Below are positions 27,481-40,000 of a stretch of 64,000 bases of DNA, in pieces. The first letter of the stretch is position 1; each line of letters opens with the position of its first letter. The DNA comes from Pseudovirgaria hyperparasitica. Lineage: Eukaryota. The translations under genes were made by a program, and so were the position numbers. Location of the stretch: NCBI GenBank assembly GCA_010093815.1, contig ML996587.1. One strand, given 5' to 3'. Below the pieces are notes generated by a model. That model was given only the letters and a program-made list of their open reading frames with translations. It ran no database searches and was not told the origin of the DNA.

Positions 27481-28308
27481 TAGAATAATTAGTACTAGTT
27501 ATTTTCTTAATACTAATTAGCTTACTAGTACTACTTATTTACTATATACTAATAACTCTTATAGAATAAATAGTATCTAGTATTTTACTTTCTCTATCTA
27601 TTCTATCTACTCTATCTATCTTAATAGAAGCTTCTTTTCTAAAGTAATATCTTTATCTAAAGTATCTCTATAACTCTATATATCTTATTATTCTAAACTA
27701 TATCTTTAGTATATTTAATTATAGTCTTTAAATTTAATACTAGAAAGATAATATATAATAGAGAGTAGAGGTTTAAAATTAATTAGACTAGGAACTTAAA
27801 TTAAATATTACTATTCTAAGCTCTCGCTAACTATATAGCTATAATAAAATATAATAGATCTTTCTTTCTTCTATCTTGAGATAGTATTCTTTATCTATTA
27901 TAAGATATTCTTATCTAGAACTACCTTTAATAACCTTTTCTTCTACTAGATACTTCCCTTTATATTTCTAGTTACTATTTTTATTCTCTCTTATTCTATC
28001 TATTTAGTCTTATAGTAGTCTATATAGTTCTCTAGCTATATACTAATATCTAACTTCTCTTAAAAGTATATACTCTTTATATATAGATTAAAGATCTAAC
28101 TTAAATATCTACTACTATCTAACTTTATTTTAATTTAAGTATTAGTTAGAGTAGATAGACTACTAGTTAAGATAGCTATAATTAGAGATAATAAGTTAGT
28201 AATAGACTTATTTATACTATATATATATATACTACTAGGGTAGCCTATAGCTAGTAGACTATAAGTAGCCTTAAATTAAAGACTACTTTTCTAGAATTCT
28301 AAAGGTAT

Positions 28309-28390
28309 TAGTATTATAGAGTAGAGTCTTATAGAGTATAGTATTATAGAGTAGAGTCTTTTAGAGTATAGTATTATAGAGTAGAGTCTT
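28309..28390. repeat. 30-bp tandem repeat, ~2.7 copies
   Basis: Unit TAGTATTATAGAGTAGAGTCTTWTAGAGTA. Confidence 0.9.
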
Positions 28391-28599
28391 AGAAAGAGAC
28401 TATATTATATCATATATATATAGCCTTAGACTATAACTAAACTAGAGTATTATAAGTTCTTAGTAATATATCTAAAACCTTATCCCTTACTTATAAGTAG
28501 ATAGCTAATAGATAGTCTTTATCTATTATAGAGAGGAAATAGTAGCTAATAAGAAAATTCTCTACTATAGATAGAATACTATATAATATTATTACTAGT

Positions 28600-29954
28600 T
28601 GAAAAATATTCTATTTACTATTTACTATAACTAAAGGTAGTACTAGTATTAATCTAGAGCTTATATTATATAGTATAAAGGTATCTCTCTATAACCTTAC
28701 CTTTAGCTACTACTATTACTACTTTATACTAGGAAGGCCCTTATTATTAAAATAACTAAGTAAGTTACCCCTTCTATTATAACTTTATTTCTATATCTTC
28801 TATATCTTACTCTACTCTCTTAGACTACTATAGTAGTTATATAGAAGTAGAATAGCTATAGCTTAGTATAGTAAAAATTCTTTATCTCTAATTTTCTTAA
28901 CCTTAAAGTAACTTCTTCTCTACTCTTATATAGCTAATATTAAATTATAGACCCTTATACTAAGTAATCCCTACTATAATAATAGTAATATTTAACTATA
29001 TATCTAGTAGCTACGTAATTAGTACTTCTAGTTATAGTAGAAGTAGTAGTAGTAGTAGTTATAGCCCTCTAAAGTAGCTACTAAAATTCTATAATAATAA
29101 CTACTATATCTTATCTAAGATAGAGAGCTTCTATAAAGATATTAATAGTAAGTATAATAAAGAGATTATTTATAAGTTATTCTACTATTATAGTAAGAAG
29201 ACTATCTAACTCTATATAGCTAATAGCTATAAGAACTTTAAGGCGTGCCTTACTATTAAAAATCTAGAGTATTTCTATACTAGAAATAATACTAAGATTA
29301 AGAAGTTTATTCTAATAATAGTATAGCTTAAAATCGCGTCTACTAGGCGTTATAAGATTCATCTTAGCTATTCTTACTTTAGGTATCTAGCTCTTATCTA
29401 TATCTACTCTAAGGTTACTATAAAGGTATATATAATCTATTATAAGAATAAACGCTACTTTAAGTTCTACTATATTTCTCTCTTTAGTCTTTAGATATTA
29501 TTTAGTTATAGTAGATATACTAATTATAGTATAGATAGTAAGTAGTTATACTATTCCTTTATAGTAGATAAAAGTAAGTTATATCTCTTTTAATTATACT
29601 ATTATAAAGATCTCTAACTAATAATTAGAAAAGCTAGCTAAGATCTCTATCTATACTAGTAAAGCCTTATACTCTTATTAGTCTTCTACTACTTCTATAT
29701 ATACTAGTAGACCCTTCTACTTATACTAGTTATCTACTATAAAGATAATCTCTAGACTAGTTATACTATACTATCTTATAAAGAAGTCTAATCTTTAGAC
29801 TATTATCTAGGTAGTTAACTCTAAGAATACTAAGACTATATACTACTATATCTATAAACTTTATAATCTTATAAAGAAGATAGAGAAATATACTAATAAT
29901 ACTAAGGCTAATACTAACTTCAAGATTTTCTCTAAGTAGATAGTACTATTATAA
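28600..29954 (+). pseudogene. RIP-mutated intron-containing gene of unknown function within the Helitron
   Basis: Intron 29574-29628 (GTAAGT...ACTAAT...TTAG) joins two stop-poor frames in phase. Further candidate introns at 28760-28823 and 28908-28950 (GCTAAT branch). The 5' boundary is approximate. Confidence 0.55.
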
Positions 29955-30657
29955 TATAGCTAGTTAGTTAGGGTAGTAGTAGTACTACTTTATATTATAA
30001 CTATACTTCTATATAGATAAATACTAAGCTCTTTCTCTAATATCTATTATATCTAGATCTTTATTATAAGTATTATAATTCTAAACTTTTTAACTATATA
30101 GTTATAAAGTCTAGAAGATATAGTACTAATCTAAAGAAGAATAGTTTAGGGTATTAATCTTACTACTATATAGTAACGTATAATATCTAAAATTAAAAGA
30201 AGCTTTCTTAATCTATAATATTCTATAATATAGATATAGTAATTATTTAGCTCTACTACTAGCGTAAATAATAGTAATCTTAATTTTAGTAGCTCTATAT
30301 ATATTACTATATCTATAACCATTATAGAGTATCTAAGCTTATTATAACTCTACTAATTAATATATAACTCGACTACTATAGTAAATATATAAATATACTA
30401 GTAAGTATATTTTATAATAGATATAAGAGAATATTATATAAATAGAAGGTATAGTACCTAGAAAAACGTCTAATTAAAATACTAGAAGCGCGATAGAATT
30501 TAAATATAAGTAGAGATTAAGATAATTTATATTATAGATTTAGATAATAGTTTCTATAATACCTATATAAAGAGTAATAGAATAACTAGAATAATATAAT
30601 ACTAGAAGAGGAGGAAATACTTAAGACTATTATAGAGTAGTTTAAGTAAGACTAGTA

Positions 30658-31521
30658 TTATAGCTAGATAGAAAGGACTTTAGAGTATACGATATTCCTT
30701 AGTATACTATCTAGTATATACTTATTATTATTAGATAGAATAATATAGATATTCTTAGGGTTAGTAACGCGGCTAATAGTAATATATAGCTAGCTATAGA
30801 TAAATACCTCTAGGTCTAAGAGAAGGCCTATATTTTAAAGACTCTAGCCCTATAACTTATTAATTATTATAGTAAATACTAGCTTAACTAGAAATTAGCG
30901 TTACTTAAAGTCTATTCTATTCTTTAGCTTCTCTATAATAAATAGTATCTATAGAAGTTAGACTATCTCTCTATATTATTATATACTAAGAATCTATACT
31001 ATAATAGTTCTAGAATTAATACTAGATACTCGAAGTTATATACTATTATAGATATAATTACTTAGATTAATATTTTATAGTAATATTATAATATATCTAA
31101 TCTTAAGTTATAGCTTATATAGTAGAATTCCTAGTACCTTAAATATATTTATCTACTTAAGTATTATAAAGCTAGTACTATTATTATTCTTTAGTTCGTT
31201 AACTAAGTATTAGATTATAACTTCTTCTAGTATCTATAATAGTAGATATTTATTCAGTATATCTACTTTCTAGTTATATATAGTAAGAATAGTAGATAAT
31301 TAGAGGGTCTCTAAGGTAAGACCTCTAGACTATTATATAGTAGAAAAGATTTAGCTTACTAATATATCTAGACTATAACTAGATATAAAGTACTAGATAC
31401 TCTAAGTAGTATATCTATTATAGCTAGAGTAATTTCTAATATTAAGAACCTTTACTATAAATTACTCTATCTTATTATAATAATACTCTATTATTCTAGG
31501 TGTCTAAAGATATATATTTAT
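30658..31521 (-). pseudogene. Helitron Rep/helicase, PIF1-family helicase C-terminal region
   Basis: After reversing RIP the minus frame reads GIPPHKLxLKIG..MLLRNIN....CNGTRL, FKRRQFPVKLAFAMTINKSQGQSL.NVG, VF.HGQLYVAISRVT and RNIVY.EVL. These are the hallmark Helitron helicase motifs, in the expected order. Confidence 0.92.
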
Positions 31522-32647
31522 TATTAGAACTTAGCTTTAGATATAACTATATCCGTACGTACCTTAACTACTCGGTTAGAAGATAGCGTAAAGGGTAGTA
31601 AACGGTTATATACTAGATAGATTAGTATCCCTTTATATATATACTCTTAGATTTCTACTAAAAGAGTTTAGTAGTAATTTATTCTATAATAGAATATACT
31701 CTATTATTCTATCTAACTATACTACTATCTAATAACTCTATTCTTATATTTAAATTACTCTCTATATAGTACTATAGTTAAGATAGTCTAACTAGAACTA
31801 AGAAGATTAATATAATCTATTATAGAGATAAGTAATACTATATTAAATAATAGAGATTCTCTATAATTAGTATTAAATCTAGCTATTTCTAACTAAGAAG
31901 TAGAAATAATAGACTAAATTATAGAGCTTTTGTAAAGAGTAAAGACGTAGGATAGTAGTCTAACAGTTCATAGAGAGATATAGAAATGTATTTATAGAGT
32001 AATCTTACTCTTATACGAGGTTAATTCCTAACGAGTAGAAATCGGTTTATGCGGTCTACTTATATAGTGACCTCGCTTAACTTAGCTAACTTAACCTAGC
32101 TCTAGCCACTACGTGGCTACATGGATTAGAATAGTCTATATAGATCTATTATGGTTCCCGTCCTAATAATATCCTTCTTCTTTTTATGCTTCGCCCTAAA
32201 GTACTTAAGTATATATAATCCTAAGTCTCTATAATCTATCGTATACCTATATATCTATAACTAAGTTCCTATAACGTTATAACTATCCTTAATATAGGTG
32301 AACTCGAGATTCTAGTTTACTTTTACTAGTTTATACACGCGCTTATCCCTTACTTCGTAGCTACTACCTAGAATATATAATTACTACTTTAGTTAAGTAT
32401 ATATTTAGCTTCGCTCGCCTTTGATTTTATTCTCTAGTATATCCACCTCGCTCTTAAGGTAAGTCGTTAATTCATATACTATCTTCCCTAGTTTAGGTTT
32501 AGAAGGGTCTATAGTAGTCCATTCTTATTAGAACCGGTCCTATATAACCTATTTATATTATTACGGTTACTAATTTAGCTTTATTAAACGCCGTTAAGGG
32601 TGGACGAATATTCCTTTCTTAGATCTCTAGCTAACGTATATATATAG

Positions 32648-33960
32648 ATATCTAATACTAGTCCTATCTCTAAGCCTACCTCCTCCTCTCATAAGACTCG
32701 CTCTAAAGGCATCGCCTCCTCCCCGGCCACGCTAGCTAAGAAGCCTATCTATCGCGGTAGTATAAAGGCGCGCTCTAAGTCGGAGAAGAGAGTAGCTAGG
32801 GCTACTACTACTACTACCTCTACTACTAATATAGCTACTAGTTACTCTAATCTAGGTAATTCTAGTACTAAACTTATAGATAAAGTGGTCGTAGGTTCTT
32901 CTCTCGCTCTAAAGCGCACGCTATCTACTCTACCTCCTCTAGAGGATAAAGAAGATCTTATTATAGACGATGATTACGAGCCCTCGCGCTTACCCATGCC
33001 GCCGCCTCGCCGCTCTTTCTTCCGGTCTAATATAGACTAATTTAGTTACTCTAGGTTCTTTTAGGACCTTAATATTCGCTCTAAACCCTAGCCTACTAAT
33101 AATAAGGCCTAGGTCGCCGAGGATACTAAACGTAGTCACGGTTTACGCTATAGGAAAACGGCGAACTATAGTTCGATATACTATAAGTATATTAAGGGCT
33201 ATACGGCCGGCTCTAAATATCTCTTTCGCTCTAACTCTAGTATTAGCTACTACTCTACTAACCGCGACGGGCCTATACGCTCTATCTTTACTCTACCTAC
33301 CCGCTACCGCCGCTATACCATAACTAGTAAGACTTATCTATAGGTAAGTATAATAGGCTATCTTAATCTAGTGTAATCTAAAGTGGTCCGCGCTAATATA
33401 TTCTTAGGTTCCTATATATATATAAGATATATATAACGATCTTCGCGTCCGCGAGACCCTTAGAGGTCCTTATAGCTACCTACCTACTATATAGAGGGAG
33501 TTTAGGGAGTACTATAAGCTCTTCCTAGAGGTTATTAAAGTATAAGTTATAAGCACGTTAATTATTTTTAACATCTATTGATTTTTCTAGCCGCCGCGAG
33601 ATCCCTAGCGCCTAGACTATCTATTCTAGGGAGTCTATTCTAGCTATAGAGGCCGTAGAGAGAATTCGCTCTATTCCCCCCTATCTATCTCGCGCTACTA
33701 ATAGATCTTATAAGAGGTCTACTATTTCTCCCTCTAAGTCGCCTTATAAGAGGATATATATTCTCTTCTAGATTATTCTAGATCGTGTTAGCTAACTTTA
33801 GACCTAGTCGCTACGCTCTAGCGCTTAAGGCTCTTCCCTCTAGGCTCTAACGGATCGAGTTATTATTTTAGAGGCTAAGGTCGTCGTCCTCCGCCGCTAT
33901 ATTATATAGTTAGAGAGGACTATACTAGAGGTTAGAACGGATAATAAGATAGAGGAGTAG
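32648..33960 (+). pseudogene. Antisense spliced accessory gene of Gypsy B (Zn2Cys6-like motif, C-terminal coiled coil), RIP-mutated
   Basis: Stop-poor frame from 32648 (S/T/P/K/R-rich). Tyr codons read as former Cys give CxxC-x9-C...CRRC-x6-C-L-Q. Intron 33344-33407 (GTAAGT...GCTAAT...TTAG). Later branch-like GCTAAC at ~33791. Terminal segment ALTDRVIILEAKVVVLRR.IIQLER. Confidence 0.68.
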
Positions 33961-34075
33961 CTCTATGGTTCTAGCTCTATAGGTTTAGCTCTATGTATTA
34001 GCTCTATGGTCTAGCTCTATATATTAGCTCTATGCCTAGCTCTATATGTTAGCTCTATGCCTGGCTCTATATATT
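33958..34075. repeat. Degenerate 12-14-bp tandem repeat, ~9 copies, core TAGCTCTAT
   Basis: Directly visible, starting at the inferred stop of the antisense gene. Confidence 0.85.
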
Positions 34076-37000
34076 CTAGATCTACTATAGATGGTACGCG
34101 CCGGCTCTATTTGCCTAGCTTTTATCCGTTTTAGTCCTTTTTAGACCGTTTAGATATCTATTAGCTAGTTTCTAGTAATTTAATTCTTAACTTAACGATA
34201 TTATATGTGCGCTCGCTTAGCTTATAACTATCGGTTTCTATATTCTAATTTTCCTTAAGTTACCTAAGTATGGGTACCATATATAAATTAGTTTATCTCT
34301 ATAAATTCTATTAGAGTACCCGAACTAGTAGCCTAGTAGTTATTAGTTTAGGTACTCTAACCTTTTATATTTCGTGTTAAGAGTTTAATTCTATGGTAGG
34401 GTACCTTTTTTTAGGTTCTTAGTCCTATGTTTTTCTCGTATATAATAGTCTATATTAGTCTATTCTAGACTCTTCTATGTTATTCTATTATAGTATGTCA
34501 TATCGCGTTTCTAAAATAGTTATTTACGCTTTCTTCGCGTCTAGTAACTATGCGACGCTTAAATTATAGGGCTACTATATAGAGTTTTCCTAGTACGCGT
34601 CTAGATTTCCTAGTTTAGTACTTCGTTCTCTACGGTATTCTTCTTCTTTTTATAACGACCGCGACGTCGCTATACTTACATTAATAATACACTATTCTAT
34701 ATCTTTTACTTATACGTAGCTATTATAGAACTTAAGATATATACTACTAGTTCCTAGGTATCCTCGTCCTTAGTATAGTCCTTCTAACGGATTCTATATT
34801 TCTAAATACCGTCTTTATTAATCCTATATTCGATAATATAGTCTACTTCGAACACGTCTAGTCTATCTTAGGGTATAATAGAGTATAACTATATATTCGT
34901 GCGGCTATACACGTTAGGTCGAAATCTTTTGAGTAGTAAGACGTGGAACACGTTATAGATTCTTATATCGCTTCCTAAGTCGAGCTCGTAGACTCTTATA
35001 CCGATACGACGTTTGATTCGGAAGGGACTAGCCATTTTATAATCGAGCTTCTTATTTACTCGCGACGTTCGTATGTTACGGATGTTAAGAAGGACCTTGT
35101 CGCCCTCCTCGTACGTCTAATCCTTGGCTAATCTATTATAGTACTTCGTATATAAGTCGTTTACTTATTAGATTATAGCGCGATAGTTACGTGCGGTTTC
35201 GAAGATTTTAATTGCTAATTTCTAAGCGTGGACGTTTACGTCTGTTATTCGATTAAATTAGACCGTCTAAGGCTTAAAACCTATCCTTAGACTACGTCCG
35301 AGGTTCGCCTAGAAAGGTATAATATCTATCGTACTATAACGACTATTATTATATACGAACTCTACTATACTTAGTAGGGAGGCCTAGTCGTCCTACTCGA
35401 AATTATAGAATGCACGTAGGTAGGCCTCGAGCGTCTAGTTCTATCGCTCTATCTAGCTATCCGTCTAAGGATAAAATACTATAGACATGTTTCTATTTAT
35501 ACTTACTATTTCGTAGAATAATATCTAGAATTTGGACGTGAAGGTACTTCCTCGGTCTATAACGATCCTTTTTAGTATACTATGGACCTTAATAATCTCG
35601 TTCTAGAATACCTACGCTAGTTCTTTAGATGTAATCGTCTTCTATACCAGGATATACCTAGATATCTTTATAAGTCTATCCACGATAATAAGAATAGAAT
35701 TATAACTTATTCTAAGTATCTCGCTTAGAGGTAAGTTAACTATAAAGTCTATAGTAACGTCTTTCTATATAAAGAGGGGGGCTAAAAGAGGCTATAAATT
35801 CCTATATAGCTTATACCTAGGGGCCTTCGTTCTTTAATAAATCGGATAAGTAGCTATCTATTCTTTAACGTACTTAGATATATCTTTCTAAAAATAGTAC
35901 TAACGAATTAAGCTTAGGGTACGTATATACCTAAAGTATTCTACTAGGTTAGCATTATAGTATCGGCTAACTACGTTAAATTATGCGTTACCTATCGGTA
36001 TATAATACTTTCTATTATAGTAAAGTAAGCCGTCTACAAAGGTCTACTTATAGTCTACTTTAGTCTATAATAATCTATCTTACTATATTTTATATAACTT
36101 TAAAACTATCGGGTCTATCTTCTATAGATCTATAATTAACTAGGTAAGGTTAATTAGATATTCACGCTAGGTATTATCGCCCTTCCCAATAGCGCTAATA
36201 AACGGCCTACTAGGGACTTCGGTACCGCGTCTTTGGTTACCGGCTTTAGTCTTAGAGATTTAATTACCGGCATTAACGTTAGCATCTCGCTAATCGCCTA
36301 ATAACTTAAAATCCAACCTCGTCCTTAAGAGTTAGGCCTATAGCTACTCTAGGACCCTATAGCTACTATAATCCTAGGCGCCTTCTTTATAGTTAGGTCT
36401 TCTTAATATTCTATTAGCTAGGTTTATACTTCTAGGTTAATAGTAGATTATAAAGTAAAAGTTCGTAAGCTACTTAGCCTATTAGACCTATCGACGGTTT
36501 AAAACTATTATACTTATAAACCCCTTTAAGTTATAGTAATTAGTTAGTAACTTGACGTTATATATAGTACCTTTAAGATAATATTACTACTATTTAAACG
36601 ACTCTACTATTACTAGTAGCTCTTAGTTATAGATAGTATATCTAGTCTTAATATCGACCATTTTACGTAAGAAGAACGTAACTAGATACCATTAGACCTT
36701 TTTAGACTTAGTTAGTCTAGGCTAGGAGAGAATATCTAAGATTATAAATCCTAACGCGTCGGTTTTAACGCGGATAGGTTTAGTTAGGTCGAAGTATACT
36801 AGTAATAGGGTAGTTATAAATACCTCTTTGATTTTCTCGAAGGAGGCCCTTTCGCCTTCCGATAATTCTATAGACTATGATTTAATATTACGCTATTTCT
36901 ATCTACCGCGGACCGTAATAGACGAATCTATAGTAGTAGTACGCGCGTTAAGCGGTACTACTAGCCGGGAAAAATGCTTAACGAATTTTCGGTAGTAATT

Positions 37001-40000
37001 AGCGAATCTAATAAAGACACGTATATCTTGAACTAATTTTAGTTTAGGCTAGTCCACGATAGTAGTAACTCTATCTCTTTCTATGGTTATACCTTAATTA
37101 GTAATAATAAAGCTAAGGAAGTTAACGTGGTCCTAGTGGAACTCGTATTTAGATAGCTTAATATATAGCTTGTGTTTTTCTAGCCTATCTAGGACTACGC
37201 GTACGTGCTAGATGTATTCTTCTTTATTATTAGAGAAGATAAGGATGTTATCGAGGTATACGATGCACGTTATATCGAGTAGGCCTACTAGCGCGTTATT
37301 AATATACGCTTAGAAGGTTCCTAGCGCGTTAGTTAGTCTAAAAGGGACTACTATATACTCGAAGTATCTATAACGGGTCCTAAACGCCGTTTTCTACTTA
37401 TCGCCCTTCTTAATACGTAGGCGGTAGTAGGCGTTATATAGATCGAGCTTAGTAAAGATCGTTGCGCGCCCTAGTCTATTAATAGACTCGGAGATAAGAG
37501 GTAGTAGGTAATAATTCTTTCGCGTAATATTATTTAGACTATAGTAGTTAATACATAGACGGAGACTCCTATCCTTCTTCTTTATAAATAGAATTAGAGC
37601 TCTAGCTAGGGATATACTAGACCTAATCTATCCTCGCGTAAGGTTCTTTTCAATATATTCTCGGAGGACCTATAGCTCGGGTTCTAATAGAGGGTAGATG
37701 GGTCCGTATAGGGGTTATTAACCGTCTTCGAGGTTAATAGTAAGGTCGATAGGTTAGTATTAAGGTAATTCGGACGAGTCAATCGCTAACGCGATATATT
37801 AGTATATTTTATACTAATATAGTAGGTTTTCATCTACTTTAATACTAAGCTCTCTATTTTAAGTAAGTAAGAGGACGTAGATAGCGGAGATTACCTTTTC
37901 GTAGTCCTTCTAGAATTATTCGTCGTCGACTAGCTATACTAGGTTCCATTATAGTAGGTATATACGCTAGCTAGCTGTTTTCTAGATAAAGTCTAGTTTC
38001 GGGTTATGTTTTTCGAGCTATGGTATACTAAGGATTATATTAAAGGGACTATCTACCACGATAAAGGTTAAGTAGTAGGGTTTCCACTTCCCCCCGCTAT
38101 TCTAGATACTATATTTAATGGTATAGATACCCTATAATTTAATAGGACTATTAATACTATAGAAGGTAGCATCTATTAGTACTTAAATATCGACGTTAAG
38201 TTCTTATACTCGTTAAGTTAATATAACGTTAGTAGCTAAACCGCTATTAAGTATTATGGTCTAATGTTATCCACGAGGGACCTCGATAGGCCTAGCCTAT
38301 AGTTTAATATACTAGTTAGCTAGTTATCCCTCTATTTTAGTTACGCCTATAAGTTATAAGGGTTCCTTATAGATAGTTAGTTTTTTATATCGTATACCGG
38401 GTAGTTAGGCGCGATATATCCTAGCTACTAGTACTTATAGTATGTAACTAACTTAGTATCTATATTAGTATTCGGTAGTTTCCCTAAGCGGCACTCGGGT
38501 ACTATATAGTCTATCCTACCATAGGTATAGTAGGTAACTTTAGGTTATTTATACGAGTCGTTTCTCGCGTCTCGATATATCGACTAGTAGAAAGATCCGC
38601 GTTACGGGCCTTATCTTCTTAAGTTCATAGAGTGGTAGCGTCTACGAGGTGTTCCGCGTAATCTATTACTAAACCGGTCCTCTTTAGATGATTTCGTATT
38701 AGATTGGATTAATAGGGATAGTCATGCGTCTATATAACGTTAGTTATTCATTATACGCTAATGTCGTTCTACGAGATTCGCGAGTGCCTAAAGATTAGTA
38801 GAGATAGACGTTATAAGGTTAATACGTTTCTTTACGCTCGGGTTAAGGGACCTTTTAAAGTCGTCGTATTATTAAACCATATAATCTTTCTCGGCTTCTC
38901 TCTAAAGAGGTCGGAGGTATTTAAGGAGTTATAACGGGGATTATCTCTCTTACTATTAAGTCTTAAAGATATAGCTCTAAGTCTATTTACGTTACTCGGC
39001 TCTATCGCCGAAGTATTAAAGAAGGAATTTAGTAAACGTGTCCTAGTTATACGCATCCTTAGGGTGTTTAATTCGATATACCATCTAACGTTTAGATAGC
39101 GTTAGGTCTAGGTAGTTCTATATAAACCTAATCTTATTACTATCGTTTATAAATAGGTAGAAGAATCGGCTATACTAGTAAGTCTATTCGTAAAAGCTCC
39201 TTCTAGTTTTACTATTAAAGTAAGGTGGTTTCTTAGGCCGAGGTAACTAGGATAGTAATAGACTTAGTTAGACTATTTCGGCTTAAGTTAGTCTATATTA
39301 GTATAGGTTAGTTACTACTAGTACTAAAGCGCGTAGTGCGGCTTCGAGTCTAGCGGTTTATCCTTATACTTCGTCGAGTTCACGAAGTTACTACTTAAGC
39401 TAAGCCTAACGCTACCTCTCCGTGTATAGCTTAGTATATATATTATTATAAGGCGTGGTTAACGTTAGTTAGTTCTAACGAATTAATTCATTAACGTTAA
39501 TAGGGTCTAGTCTTATAGTAAGGATAGGTCTAGTATAGTGTAAACTAGACCGCGATGGAGTATAATAGACTCCTTCCTTATTATCTAGGTAATCTTCTAC
39601 GGTTATACGGAATACCGTACTAGTTATTAGTACGATAGCCTATAGAGTATACCTATTGGTAGAGGTAGTTATAGGGAGACTATTCTCTTCGTTTAGATTT
39701 AGAGAGAGTCTCTTATATAAGGTAGTACCACGGGTATTATAGCGCGTAGTAGGAGCTATCTCTATAAGCTACCGTCGTGCTATATAGAGAGGAATTAAAA
39801 TATAAAGAGTAAAGACGTAGGATAGTAGTCTAATAGTTTATAGAGAGATATAGGCATATATTTATAGAGTAATCTTACTCTTATACGAGGTTGATTCCTA
39901 ACGAGTAGGAATCGGTTTATACGGTCCACTTATATAGTAACCTCGCTTAACTTAGCTAACTTAACCTAGCTCTGGCCACTACGTGGCTACATAGATTAGA

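Larger units (their letters stand above)
27173..31521 (-). mobile_element. Helitron, 3' part (helicase C-terminus, passenger region, subterminal minisatellite), truncated by Gypsy A at 31522
   Basis: Helicase motifs at 30658-31521 are clear. The left boundary is inferred from the LINE breakpoint and a CTAA end with a nearby hairpin relic, so the extent is less certain than the identity. Confidence 0.7.

Noticed and set aside
31115..31140. hAT transposase TRWNS-like motif on the + strand
   Set aside because: The same bases read as the Helitron helicase GIPPH motif on the minus strand, in frame with the other helicase motifs.
27291..34075. CRISPR-like arrays (18-bp, 30-bp and TAGCTCTAT repeats)
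   Set aside because: They are head-to-tail tandem repeats without unique spacers, in eukaryotic TE DNA, with no cas genes.
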